A stretch of 64,000 nt of DNA from contig NC_043002.1 of the NCBI RefSeq assembly GCF_006345805.1, forward strand, positions 100,130,001 to 100,194,000. Reading direction: 5' to 3'. Under the pieces are notes generated by a model. The model was given only the letters and a program-made list of their open reading frames with translations. It made no database searches and was not told the origin of the DNA. A program made the position numbers and the translations under genes. Positions 11,875 to 24,875 of this stretch are shown here, in pieces. The stretch's first letter is position 1; every line of letters starts with the position of its first letter. The stretch is from Octopus sinensis. Its lineage: Eukaryota.

Positions 11875-12258
11875 GGGAAGCGCAATGGCCCAGTGGTTAG
11901 GGTAGCGGACTCGCGGTCATAGGATCGCGGTTTCGATTCCCAGACCGAGCGTTGTGAGTGTTTATTGAGCGAAAACACCTAAAGCTTCACGAGGCTCCGG
12001 CAGGGATGGTGGTGATCCCTGCTGTACTCTTTCACCACAACTTGCTCTCACTCTTACTTCCTGTTTCTGTTGTACCTGTATTTCAAAGGGCCGGCCTTGT
12101 CACTCTCTGTGTCACGCTGAATATCCCCGAGAACTACGTTAAGGGTACACGTGTCTGTGGAGTGCTCAGCCACTTACACGTTAATTTCACGAGCAGGCTG
12201 TTCCGTTGATTTGGATCAACCAGAACCCTCATCGTCGTAACCGACGGAGTGCTCCCGA
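11875..12258 (+). mobile_element. tRNA-derived SINE, family 'B'
   Basis: tRNA-like head GCGCAATGGCCCAGTGGTTAGGG...GGTTTCGATTCCC. The body is shared with 56915-57230. Confidence 0.88.
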
Positions 12259-12827
12259 TAATTCCTGTGCGTGTGATGTACTTACAACCACGCCATATTT
12301 ACATGCCCCCAAATCATAAAAGTATAAAATCTGTGGAGCTGTTAAGTTTTTGCGTAATTCTGCCAGATAAGAATAACGATGCTCTAATGTAATGTCAGTA
12401 ATAACTAATGTAAATGCCAAGCCAACAGCTTATTGCGATTATTTTAAAATAGAGCTATTTTACATAACAAAAAAAAAACAGCTGATCATAACAGTTAGTG
12501 TTTATAATAATATCCTGAACGACTTTATAGCTAATATTGATAAAAATAACAGTTTCATACCATTGTTCATTTCATGGTTATAATAAGCGCCTTCCACTAT
12601 AGGTAAATGACGGAGAAGTACTACAAAAGAACGATAGAGGGACAGGGAGACACAGAGAACGATAGGAACGGACAGTCACGCACGTGTCTCTAGGTCAGTA
12701 GATGAAAGATGAAAGAATGTGTATTTTTGTATATCTTTGATGGGGGAAATGATAGAGATCTTTTGTGTCTACATATGAAAAGGAAAGTGTGTGTGTGTAT
12801 GTGTCTGTGTATGCACACAGATATATA

Positions 12828-12950
12828 TATCACCGTGATCACTGTGACCGACCAGGCTATCAGATGTTGCTACACATCGCTAGTCACAATGCGCTTCGCA
12901 TTGTTTTAGCCTTCAAATGACGCCACCCCGCTGGCTAAGCGAGCAGGCCA
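12828..12950 (-). mobile_element. 3' end of an RTE-related retroelement inside (TA)n
   Basis: ATCACCGTGATCACTGTGACCGACCAG...CGCTAGTCACA resembles the RTE tail at 41853-41920. Confidence 0.55.
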
Positions 12951-12978
12951 ATATATATATATATATATATATTATATA

Positions 12979-13240
12979 TCTCCCCCCTCCTCATCTAACC
13001 CCCCTCTCCCCACTCCTCACCTATCCTTCCCCCCCGACCCCTACTTCTTCAGTCCTTCATCCTTTCACCCCTACTCCTCTTCCCTTCTTCCCTCTTTCTC
13101 CCTCCCTCCTTCCCTCTGCTCCCTCACTCCCCTTCTCTCTCCCCCTCTTCCTCTTTCCCCCCTTCCCCCCCACTCCTCCTCCCCTTCCTCCTCCCCCTCC
13201 TCTCCTCTTCCCCCTCTTCTCCCCCTCTTCTCCTCTCTCC
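12979..13240. repeat. Polypyrimidine (C/T) low-complexity tract
   Basis: About 260 bp, almost purely C/T on the + strand. Confidence 0.9.
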
Positions 13241-13287
13241 ACACTACACCACACGACTTTACACATCACATCATATATGATGTGCCA

Positions 13288-13355
13288 TACTAATACATAC
13301 ACCAACTAATACATACTAATACGTACTAATACATACTAATACATACTAATACATA
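13288..13355. repeat. 10-bp minisatellite (ACTAATACAT)n
   Basis: About 5-6 tandem units are visible. Confidence 0.85.
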
Positions 13356-13494
13356 CACCCACCCTATACATACACACGTCCAGACCTCTCCTACGCACTA
13401 ATAGCTGGTCATTCAACCCTATTATCAACCCTACTATCTCCCCTTATTTCGCTCTCGCGTCTCATGTTTGATCTTTGACCTCTGGCCGAAATCA

Positions 13495-13707
13495 GATCGC
13501 CATGTTGATTCGTTAGTTACTGCACGCATTTTTTTCTCTCCTTCTTTCTGTGTTTTTTTTTCTCTCTGTGTATCTTTCTGTTGAAGAGCGTAGGCTCGAA
13601 ACGTTAAAGACTTGTTTTATTTATATTTCCTGAGCGCCATACTAATACAATTGTTTGTTTGTTTCCCACCTGCCTTCGTCTTTTGTCTATTTTCATAAAG
13701 CTTCCCG

Positions 13708-13710
<3 letters not shown>
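13495..13710 (+). mobile_element. Short interspersed repeat with a degenerate hammerhead-like core (same family as 8611 and 60817)
   Basis: TCTTTCTG-TTGAAGA-GCGTAGGCTC-GAAACGT-T-AAAGA at 13573-13610; ends AAAGCTTCCCGTTA(TA)n. Confidence 0.65.
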
Positions 13711-13742
<32 letters not shown>

Positions 13743-14728
13743 AATATATATATACAAGAGTTACGGAATGGAATATGGGAAATCCGGGGTACATACGTTT
13801 CATAGCGAGTGGAACCTCAGAAGTGTTAAAATCCAAATGAGTTGTATACCGCCGGTTTCTCTTCGGGCCAAGGATATCAGGTATATGTTGATGCAACGAT
13901 TTAATCAGAACGTGTGGAGGGCACAGTGTGTGAGTGGTATAGAAATGAGGGGAGAAATAAGTAAAGACGGGAAGAAAGAAAAGAAAGAAAAATATATAAA
14001 ATAGATATAGTAAATAAAATATATATATATGACAGTTAGTGTGGGCTGTAAATAACAGAGAGAGAGAGAGAGAGAGATAGAATGTGCAAATGTTTGCAAA
14101 TAACATAGAAATGATGGTGTGTGGGTGAGAGTGAGCGCGCAGGAGTTTGACAGCTTGTGTGCAAGTGCTTGCTTGAGGGAGAGAGAGAGAGAGAGAGTGA
14201 AAGAAAGAGAGAGGGTGGGATTAAGAAAGACTTAAAGCAGTTGCAAGTCCTAATTTGTTTAGCTGTCATCAGCTATCGGATAGCACAATAACCGCAACAA
14301 AAATAATAATGTTAGACTTCCCGAGCAAGAGATTCCTCATTCCGTATTCCATCGAAATAAATAACAACGCAACCATGTTCGATTGAATGTTTTTTCATAT
14401 ACCACAAGTATTTAATAATGCACAATATCCTCTTGTTCAATTAATGTATTGTTGCATTTCGGGCATTCAGTATTGATATGTTAAACGAAATGGAGCATAA
14501 AATCTGTAATATTTTGTGCGAAAAAGTATGAATAGATTTCAGGGTATGATTTACGACGTTTCCATGAATGTGTAATTATGTTTAGGAGTTGTATTTAGCC
14601 TGAAAATCAAAACTATCAACATGATTGGATATGTATTGTGTCAACATAATCTACTCAACTAAGTGCGCATGTAAACACATTTAGGTGTATGTATGTATAT
14701 ATATGCATGTATGTCTATCTCTTTTAGC

Positions 14729-14802
<74 letters not shown>

Positions 14803-17615
14803 TATGCACATATGTTGGCATTCATGTATACATATTGTGTTTAGAAGCATAACGAAATTTACATACAGACAAAATTGGAAGTAATTCCAATAACCAATGT
14901 CAAATTTGACACGAAAATAGACGACTTAAAAAGTATTGTATTAAATATATTATTTATTACGTTTATGTTATACATAGAAATGTATTACTTAGATTATATA
15001 TCTATGTTTTGAACTGAGTTATTAGCAGTTCATATACTGACTGTTATTTTAAACCCATAGTGTCAACTTGAAATATGTGTGCGACACATTCAGCCGTTCG
15101 AAATAATTCAATATCAAATTAAACAAATAGTATGTATGTAAATATAACCCGTCATTTTATACTAAAATCTGTATTTAGTATTGTTTGCCTCTTGTATTTC
15201 CTACTTATATTGAGGTACAACTACTACTGAGATACTCATTGTTGCGCTCCGATACTTACTTTATGCTATATATTTTGGATAGGTGTATAATTACCAAGAG
15301 CAATCAACCCTATAGTATTCTTGACCAGGCTATCAATAAAGTGAAAGTAATTTACTGTTATTAGCGACCCTAAATCATATGCCTGACGTACGTTTCGTAG
15401 AGAGAGATCTACTCTCCGTTATTGCGTGTTTCAGATTAAACCACCGACTTCACGAATTTAAATAGTAGAGTATATGAACATAACATAATATTATTTTTAT
15501 TATAAATACAATTTCTATCGTTAGTAAAAGTTTTGATTGCTAGTGGTAGATTAGTAACTATTATGTTCAGAAATTCACGAATTCAAGTTATGTTAGACAT
15601 CGGTTGCGACCGAGTCGATAGGGTAAGTTTAATGTGATTCAGGATTATTATCCTCTCCTTATTACAACAATCTTATTATGATCAATATTCTTATGCTTCA
15701 AAATGCTTTGCACCTAGATACCATTAGCTGTCAGATGATGCTTTATGCAGCAACGTTGTTGTGCAGTTTACAGATAATCAGCTGACCTGCTGCAGTCAGA
15801 CTAAACGACTTATCCACTCTTCAGATATTTTGCTCAGTTCAGCCTTATTTCGTCTTCTCAACATCATGGAGACTGGGGATAAGTGCGACAGTCCTCTGGA
15901 CTGTAAGGTTCTCGTATATAGCTTCAAATTAACATATTTCCAGGTTTTACCCCACGGTAAATTCCTTTACTGGGTCTCAAAAGGTATATTTCCACTAAAG
16001 TGCATGCAAATTTTTTTGTATCTCAAAGGAAAGAAGTAAGAGCATGAATTAATTTACTAGCCTCAAAAGAGATCTACAAGCAACATAATTTACAGGATAT
16101 ATAAGGCGGACATATTCTACAATCTCTAAACATATAGCCGCTATACTATACGATCATTTCACAGTGTTTGATGCTACATATTTCAGCTCTAAAAAAGAGC
16201 TAAAATATCTGTGAAAATATTTTCGAATGGTACGTATCCGTACATAATTTGTGTTATATTCTTAAATAAAAAATTAACAAAACGTACATATTTCCTGTGA
16301 TTGAATGTATATGTGTAATGAGTGCAATAATAAGAGTGATTTACAGTCAGAGGGCTGATAAGATTCGGCAGTTTGGAAGCTTTTGGTCTTTCATCAATAC
16401 ATACGAAAAAGTTATCGGGCTATAACACAAATATGTAATATACATAATTTGATTTCGTAATCAGTGTAATATGATCCGTCACTGAAGTAGGATGCATTGA
16501 TATATAAAAAGATAGATTATTTGTGCTGAGAGTAATTCTCAGATACAGAAGATATCAGAAAAGGTATTTCCTTTCGAATCAAATCTCATCTACGTTTAAT
16601 TTCCATCTGTGTATACTATGAAGTCAAAAACTTCGTTCTGACTTTTTTTATATACACAGTTGATATAAGAATTTCTACTAGTAGAAATCAAGACTCATTG
16701 AACATATAATGAAATATATAACTCTGTACATGGCAATAATAAGTTCGGCATAAAAAGAATTTTGATGTTGACCCGTGGAGAGACATGTTATAGAATCATG
16801 TGTGCATTTGCATATAGAGAAAATAAACATACCCGGTGTTCCCCAACGTTAGCCCAACTAGATGCACATAGTCAACTAAGAGATTATAAGAAATCTGTGG
16901 GAAGCTAGCCTCAGTCTTTCAGTTAATGTGCCACATTACTTATCCCAAACACCCTCAGTAAAATTGAAAAAAGGAAACGAAATATGTGCAAAGTCTACAC
17001 AGTTCATTAGAAGGATTGATTTTATTTCTATCTCTATATTCTTTGATTATTGTGGTTCATTTGATCTCACACGTACAGCAATAAATCAAAATTAATTGGG
17101 TATAGATTAGTTATTGGTAGTTAATATTAAAAAAAATATATCGTAAAAGTAACTAGCAAACATATAGAATGAGGAAGATAATTTGAGTCAATGTCTGAGG
17201 AATTTTTCTGCGTTATATAATTAATAGCGACAGAAGCAGTATGAATAACAAAAAGTAATCTTGATCTCCAACTAAACGTAGAGATTGTGTTAGAACACAG
17301 AATACTGCATTATTTACGCTGAGGGGAGCTCTCATAAGGACTCAGGGAGCGAAAGAAAGCACTCAAATTTATATTATTTGCCATCAGAAATTCCTGATGA
17401 CCTGCTTTCGCCCTTCTCTTTGAGCCTCCTCAGTAAAATACATCAAGTAGCGGTATAACAAGCAACTCTCCAGGTGACAAAATTCGAAATATTTCAGTCT
17501 GATGAGACATGCACAGCGAAGTATGGACTATGCAACTGTGCAGCATTTACAATATAGAGATGAATGATTCACGATAGAAATTTTGAAGTATGTAAGATAG
17601 CATAAAAATATATAC

Positions 17616-17681
<66 letters not shown>

Positions 17682-17886
17682 AATAAACAGATATAGATAC
17701 ATAGACAGACAGATATAGATTGATAGATATGTTGTATGCACATTCTATATTTATATGCATATTTCATTATATTATACCTATTTTTATATAAAATGTATAC
17801 ATACGGTCATATATACAGAGACGTCTGTAATTTATATAGAGGCATAAACACACATACACATACACACATGACACACACACACACAC

Positions 17887-17929
<43 letters not shown>

Positions 17930-19061
17930 TAAGAAAATGTAAAGTAACATTCTTCCTTATGTAAGTATCGATTAGTAGATATAACACATAATTTCCGATA
18001 ATCAAACTCCCTGAAGCGTGACGTCGGTGTATATTTTGACAAATTGCAACATACGGAGTGCAATTGAATACATTTGTTGTGATTTGTTTCTTTTAGTCTT
18101 ATTACAGTCAGGTTTCATTGCAGGATGAAAATATGCAACTCAGACAAATTCGTTTAACTAGATACACTTACACATAGGCATACACTCACTGAGATGCACG
18201 AAGGCACACATACATATTTACATAATATTGTTTTGCTTTCTCTTATGTTTAATATAGAAAGGTAGAATACACGTTCACACACAAACACATATATGCCTCT
18301 GTATTTGTGTGTGTGTGTGTGTTTACGTGATGATGGAATCTCCGTCGATTCGGACGATGGTCATTCAATTGTTCACTCAACTGAATTCTCGTTAACTTGT
18401 GATTTACGTTGGCCCTGTTTGATGAAGTATATGGCAATGTAGGGTCTTTATTATATCATGATTAAAAGCAATCTTCTTAGGAATATGTTGGGGTATATTA
18501 AATTGCAGACTACATCCAATTATAATGTGGGGAGATGGATTGTTGGCCATGCATTTATACTGACGAGCTATCACAAATCATAATAAAATTGTAAGTAAAA
18601 TAGCATGATATAAACCGTAAAATTTGCTGACAGCACCAACAATTTTAGGTAGGGTCTTATATAAAGTGAGAATACTATAGAAGCTTTACTAATATCAAAA
18701 CCCAAGGAAATTCAGAAATTTACTAGGAGTTATCATTGTATACACTATAAATCAATGTTGAAAATGTTATCAATAATAAAATTGTTAGTATGATGCATCT
18801 CTGCATAGACTACAAAGCACGATAACAACCCGCCATAATTGGTACTATTTATTATTGGTATTTATCATTAGTATTTATTTGGTGAGCAGTTGTGTCAAAG
18901 TCACTAGACGTCAAAGGACGAACAGACGTAAGAATGCAATTACACCAGACAATGCGTAGCTGAATAATAGGTTCATCTGAGAAATACTTTTAAAAATGCA
19001 CCACGTTAACAAAGTCACTTCTAATTATTATAAATATGTGTGGGTATATATAAATATGTGA

Positions 19062-19918
19062 ACGAGTCTAGGCTGTAAAGTTCATAGGCTGACTATAAAG
19101 GAGTGGTGCTTGAGGTGAGCTGTCAAGTCTTGTATGCATTAATTTCATCCTTTTATATTGAGCATTGTCTTTTTCCAAGTAAACTCACATCTGACTGTTC
19201 AAAGAAGACTTCAAAAATTATTAGTAACAACTTCTCTTGAAAATGTATAAAATTTGGCACCGTGGTGTCATCAAGTAGCTGCAGAAAAAGGAACCTTTTT
19301 CTACAGGTACATGATAACATGGTTGCTACATTAGGGCCTGATGTTACAGATTTATCAACAGTTCAGAAATGGGCAGCTGAATGTTAGAGGGAAAGGGAAA
19401 GTCATAAAGAAGATCTGTGGATTTGACGTCCTGCAACTGCCACAACCTAGGAAAACAGAGATGGGGTTTACAATATGTTGATAGCTGACTGAGGATTGAC
19501 TACAAATCAAAAATTCAATGTTATTAGCTTATTTTCAACCATGAGACAAGTTGAAAATATTCTGCACAATGATATTTACTTGACGAAAATTTGTGCTGAA
19601 TGGTTACCATGTCTTCTGACAGCTGAACAAAAGCGCAAAAGGCTTATCACATCACAAGAAAATATGACATTGCCTGTGGCAGATTCAGCTGGTTTCCTTG
19701 AATCAGGATGAGTATCAGCTTCATCACTTTGAGTCAGAGGCAAAGAAGCAATCCATGCAGCGGAAATATACTTCCTCACCTGCTGCAAAAAAGGTCTGGG
19801 TCGTTGCATCTGCAGGTAAGGTAAAGGGCTCAGTCTCTTGGGGATAAAAAGTGACTATTTATTGACTGTCTTCAAAAGGTCACACCGCCAGATGTCACAC
19901 CACAATAGAAAGTACTAT

Positions 19919-19920
<2 letters not shown>
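19062..19920 (+). mobile_element. Degenerate mariner transposase relic
   Basis: Fragments TVQKWAAEC, RPATATT, KICAEWLPCLLTAEQKRKR (WVPRxLT-like) and DE..HHFE, with many stops and frameshifts. Confidence 0.75.
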
Positions 19921-19956
<36 letters not shown>

Positions 19957-20215
19957 GCGTGTGTGTGTGTGTGTGTTTGCCTCTTACTACTTGTCAACCA
20001 GTATTAAGTCTTCACGTCTCTTTCATCAAGTGGTGTTCGGCTAAACAGACGACAAATTAAGAATCTAAGTATTGTCTACGGGACACGGTCTACTCGACAG
20101 CAACCCTTCTAAGCGGTATGCCAGTCCAATGACAGAATTAAATAGTTAATAGGTGTTATCTATTTGTACGTACGATGTATTACTATTTGTTCTTAATCAT
20201 CGTCTTTATTATTAA

Positions 20216-20425
20216 GGCGACGAACTAGCAGGATCTTTGGCACACCGAGCAAAATGTTTCGCAGCATTTCGTCACTTTTTACTTTCAGATTTCAAATTTC
20301 TGCGATGTCGATGTTGCCATTCATCGTTTCAGGGTAGATGAAATAAGTACCAGTTGTGCACTGGGTCGATGAAATCGACTAGCTCACCCCCCCAAACATT
20401 CCAGTCCTTATGCCTATAGTAAAAA
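20216..20425 (+). mobile_element. SINE family 'C', diverged
   Basis: Similar to 46-273 (GGCGACGAACTAGCAGGATC, AAATAAGTACCAG, GGTCGATGAAATCGACT). Confidence 0.72.
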
Positions 20426-20521
20426 CTATAATTATTATTTTATATGTACTATGCACACATAAATACCGCCCCCCCACACACACACAGACATACACAGAAA
20501 CACGTACGCATATTTATATAG

Positions 20522-20890
20522 TTGTGGCTGTGTGTTAAGAAGCTTCTTTCTCAACCGCGTTGTTCTGGGTTGGGTGTCACTGCATGCAACTCGGGCAAGT
20601 GTCTTCTACTATTGCCTCGGGCCGAGCAAAGTCTTCTGAGTGGATTTGGTAGACGGAAACTGAAAGAAGCCCGTCTCTGTGTCTGTGTGTTTCTGTATGT
20701 GTCTGTGTCTCCCCCACCCGTCATCACTTGGCAGTTGATGTTGGTGTGTTTATGTTCCCCGTAACTTAGCTGTTCGGCAAAAGAGACCAATAGAATAAGT
20801 AATCGGTTTACAAAGTATAAGTCCTGGGGCCGATTTCTTTAAGGCGTTGCGCCAGCATGGCTGCAGTCAAATGATTGAAACAAGTAGAGG
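20522..20890 (+). mobile_element. SINE family 'A', diverged
   Basis: GTGGCTGTGTGTTAAGAAGCTT...GGATTTGGTAGACGGAAACTGAAAGAAGCCCG...CAGTCAAATGA. Confidence 0.85.
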
Positions 20891-20917
20891 AAAAAAAAAA
20901 CACACACACAAATATAT

Positions 20918-20986
<69 letters not shown>

Positions 20987-22759
20987 TTGCGTATGCGTGT
21001 GTTGACACGTGTCAGTGTGACTATTTATTTGTATTACTATGAAATCACTTGTCGCTATATTGAAGAATCGTTTTAATTCAGTTAGGGTCATTTTAATTAT
21101 GACTGTTACCTACTAATTCGTTTGAAATGAATTTCACAAAATCCAAGAACGAATCTAAAGCATTTAATGAATTTTGTTCGCAAATTACCTGTTTCCCATC
21201 AATCACGCCTTAAAGCATATTGAATACACAATGTCTGAAGGCAAATGCATTCTTCTTTTGAGTTTCTGAATTTCTAAAATAACAAAGAATTGGCATTCCT
21301 TTTGAGAGAATATCTTTGAGACTTAAAAGATGCGTTGTTATTTTTTCACCTCATATCAATTCTAATCATACAGACCGAGTTATACCATGGAAAGCCTTCC
21401 AGATGTGAAAATTCATTTTTTCCTAAAATATATGAAAATTGTACACCATACTGTACACAATTCTGTTGTACAATAAGGCTACCCTATATAAAAGGGCTTA
21501 GGCTGTAGCAAATTTTATTTTCAATTTATGAGAATTAAGCAGGACAATTGCCAGAGATTTAGGCTATATGATTAAATATCTTGAAGTATTGTATTCCAAG
21601 TTCAAGTTATAGACAAGTCAAGTTAATCTTGTATCTTTTACTCAAAAAGTAGTGAATAATGTCAGTATTATACGGAGGAAACCATTGTAGATAATCTTTC
21701 TCACTGAGAAGTTCCTCCTTTGGTTAAGAATCAGTACGAATATTTTTCACTTTTCTTATTTATTTATTCATTCATTTTATATATTTTTCTTTCTTTTGTA
21801 AGGGAAGGAAAATACAGTAAATAACTCTAATTGATTACTGGAAAATATGCTTATTTATGCGGGGAAATGTATTGAATTTTATACAACTGTGTCTACGCTA
21901 CATAAACCATTTTGTAGAGAATATGTATTCTATTAGAAGGTACTTTAACCCTGATTAATACAAAGTTTGGTTTTCTATTCATTAAAGAATCTTTTGCAAA
22001 TTTTTCAATTTCAGTTTTTTTAATATATTCTTTTTAAGTAATTTAAAATGAATTTAAAACATGTAATTTAGTGAAAATCGGAACGGTTGGTGTAATTAAA
22101 TTTCTACTGCATATAAATAAGTTTTTAGGTTTGCATATAACACACACAAGTACAGACACAGACACACACAGAGAGACACACATACACAGAAACACACACA
22201 CATATATATATATATATATTTATATAGAGATTCAGATGAATATGTTATTTAAATTGAGACACCAGAATTTAGTACGGTATTATACAATTTCAAAGTAAGG
22301 TGATTATAATCAAAATAAGCAACAAAGATATCCAGAGGTAATGCTGTACGATCGTATCATGCAACTCCATTTAAAAATCTCCTAAAATCTCCAAGAAGTT
22401 AAGGAGATAGGCAAAGAACATGGTGTCTCACTCCAGTTTAGAAGGTACTGAACTTTCAAGATATACATTGTTACAGACTCCCATTCATGTGAAACCACTT
22501 ATTCAAGTTCAAATCATTGATGCAATTTTATACCAATTGCTATTTTTACTTTTGTATGTTACGATTATATTATACTTTAGTTTGATTTTAATTATTACTT
22601 ACTACATATAATTCAACTGTTATTATTATTTTTATTGTTAAAGTGAAAGCATCTAACATAAAATAGAGAAATGTTTTTGTTTCATTTTTAACACGTAATA
22701 CTGAAATAGTGGAGAAGATATGATATTGCTATGGACTCGCTCTAGGCAAGAAGTTTAAC

Positions 22760-22908
22760 ATTTTGTTTTTACTCATGAAACTACATGGACCCTAAGTAAG
22801 GCATGTGTAAAATTTGAATGAAATTGGTTGTGTAGTTCTCAAGTTTTAGGGAAACACACAGACAGACAGACAGACAGACACACATTCTCAGTTTTATATA
22901 TATAAAGA
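22760..22908 (-). mobile_element. Non-autonomous Helitron/HINE-like terminal fragment
   Basis: The minus strand reads TCTTTATATATATAAAA...(GTCT)n...ACTACACAACCAATTTCATTCAAATTT. A TC start followed by a GTCT microsatellite is the layout of Lep1/DINE-1-type rolling-circle elements. Confidence 0.55.
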
Positions 22909-22944
22909 TATATATGTATATATTTATATTTTGATATTTTGATA

Positions 22945-24490
22945 GGTTTCGGCCATTATTGGCCCAGGCCATGTCTAACTTAATAGCACCACCTGGTGAA
23001 GTCTTTCAAGTCAGAATTTGGGCACTATGGCCCACTCAAGTAGAGAGTTATTGTTTACAGAGACATATCCGGGTGTATGGGGTTTATCCGGGATTTCTTG
23101 AAGGAATCTGTCCAAAGACTTCTTGAACCCTATAGGGTCAGTTTCTGTTTTAATGTGTTTTGGTGTAATGTTAAAGAGAGCGGGGCCAATTGAGGTGAAA
23201 TAATTGTGCCGTATTGTTGTTATGAGATGAGAGTGCGATTTTTGTTTTGGGCGGATGGCACGGGGCCCAAGCCTGGATGTACCTTAAAGGTGATGCCAAC
23301 ATCATTTGGGCAATGCTGATGGAATATTTTCCACATCATGCAGATGATGTAGCGCTCACGACGACGTTGGAGAGAATAGAGTTTTAGCTTTTCTAGCCGA
23401 CCCCAATAGTCGAGGCCTGACATGCCATCTATCTTTTTTGTGATTGCCCTTTGAGGTGCTTCAACTTTTATGATACCTTGTATTGTGTGGGGAGACCACA
23501 GTGGACAACAGTATTCAAGGTGGGGTCGGGCAAAAGTGGAGAAGAGAAGGATAATGGTGTGGATATCTCTCGACTGGAAAGTTCTGAGAATCCAGGAACA
23601 CATTCTGCGGGCCATGTCAACTTTGGTGTTTATATGAGTGGCCCAGCTTACGTTGTTGTCCACAATTACTCCCAAGTCTCTGATGTTGTTGGACGCCGCG
23701 AGAGTTTCACCTGAAGGAAGGGAGTATGGGAGTTTCAGGGCACCCTCTTTTCCAAAGTGGATTAGCTCAAATTTATCCTCGTTCAGCAGCATATTGTTTT
23801 TTTCTGCCCATTGGATAACAGCCAGTAGATCTGACTGAAGGCATGTCCGGTCACTCGCCTCATTTATGACCTTCTGTAGCTTGGAGTCATCTGCAAAGAT
23901 TTTTATGTTGCTGTGCTTGATGATGTCATTAATGTCATTAATGTAAATGATGAAAAGAAGTGGGCCCAGCACAGTGCCTTGCGGAACGCCACTACTGACT
24001 TTGGCTGGGCTTGATTTTACCCCTTCAACTACAACATGTTGAGATCTGTCTGTCAGGAAACACTTAATCCATTTCAGTAACTTTCCAGAGACACCAATGT
24101 TGGATAGTTTTTTCAATAGGATCTTGTGATCGACCCTGTCGAAAGCCTTACTGAAATCAAGGTAGATGACATCGGTGTTGGAGCCCTCTCCCAAAGCTCT
24201 CAAAATGTCCTCAAAGTGATGCAGGAGCTGCGTTAGGCAGTCCCTTCCATTACGGAACCCATGTTGGTTGGAGATCAGCCGTCTGTTGCTTTCCAGAAAT
24301 TGGGTTATTCAAGATCTCACAACCCTCTCAAATACCTTGATGATATGAGAGGTGAGTGAGATCGGACGGTAATTCACTGCAAGGGACTTGTTTCCCTTTT
24401 TGAAAACTGGGACAACAGACTGGGACAGAAGGTGTTTTGGAATATAGACAGCATCCAGTGAGTTTCTCCACCGATTAGCAAGGGGAGATG
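22945..24490 (-). mobile_element. 5'-truncated CR1-group LINE (RT domain to 3' UTR) with few frameshifts
   Basis: ORF 23220-24203 contains YLDFSKAFDRVDH, SGVPQGTVLGPLLF, IFADD, RPHLEYC and LYSLQRRRERY. NYRPISLTS lies upstream in 24309-24509. Confidence 0.95.
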
Positions 24491-24524
24491 CAAGTTGGTG
24501 TCGACACACCTTCAGGACACAAGC

Positions 24525-24875
24525 ATATTTGTATGTATGTATATATATATATTTGCATGTATGTATATATATATATATTTATATTTGCATGTATGTATAT
24601 ATATATGTATATATTTGCATGTATGTATATATATATATATATATGTATATATTTGCATGTATGTATATATATATATATATATGTATATATTTGCATGTAT
24701 GTATATATATATATTTGCATGTATGTATATATATATGTATATATGTGCATGTATGTATATATATGTATATATGTGCATGTATATATATATATACATATAT
24801 GTATATATTTGTATGTATATATATGTGTGTGTATATGTATATACATATATTAATATATATATATGTATGTATGTA
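24525..24875. repeat. TA-derived minisatellite (ATATTTGCATGTATGTATAT..)n
   Basis: A TTTGCATGTATG unit recurs, separated by variable TA runs. Confidence 0.9.

Noticed and set aside
11875-11945. tRNA-like sequences at SINE heads
   Set aside because: They continue into SINE bodies and lack a proper acceptor stem and terminator, so they are not tRNA genes.
12917-13309. Pro-rich and Gly/Arg-rich ORFs
   Set aside because: Low-complexity C/T tract with no splice or homology support.
17380-17530. CTGATGA motifs near 17394 and 17499 as hammerheads
   Set aside because: No correctly placed GAAA, stem III or NUH site.
24525-24780. Regularly spaced TTTGCATGTATG units as a CRISPR-like array
   Set aside because: The spacers are only TA runs, the context is eukaryotic and there are no cas genes.
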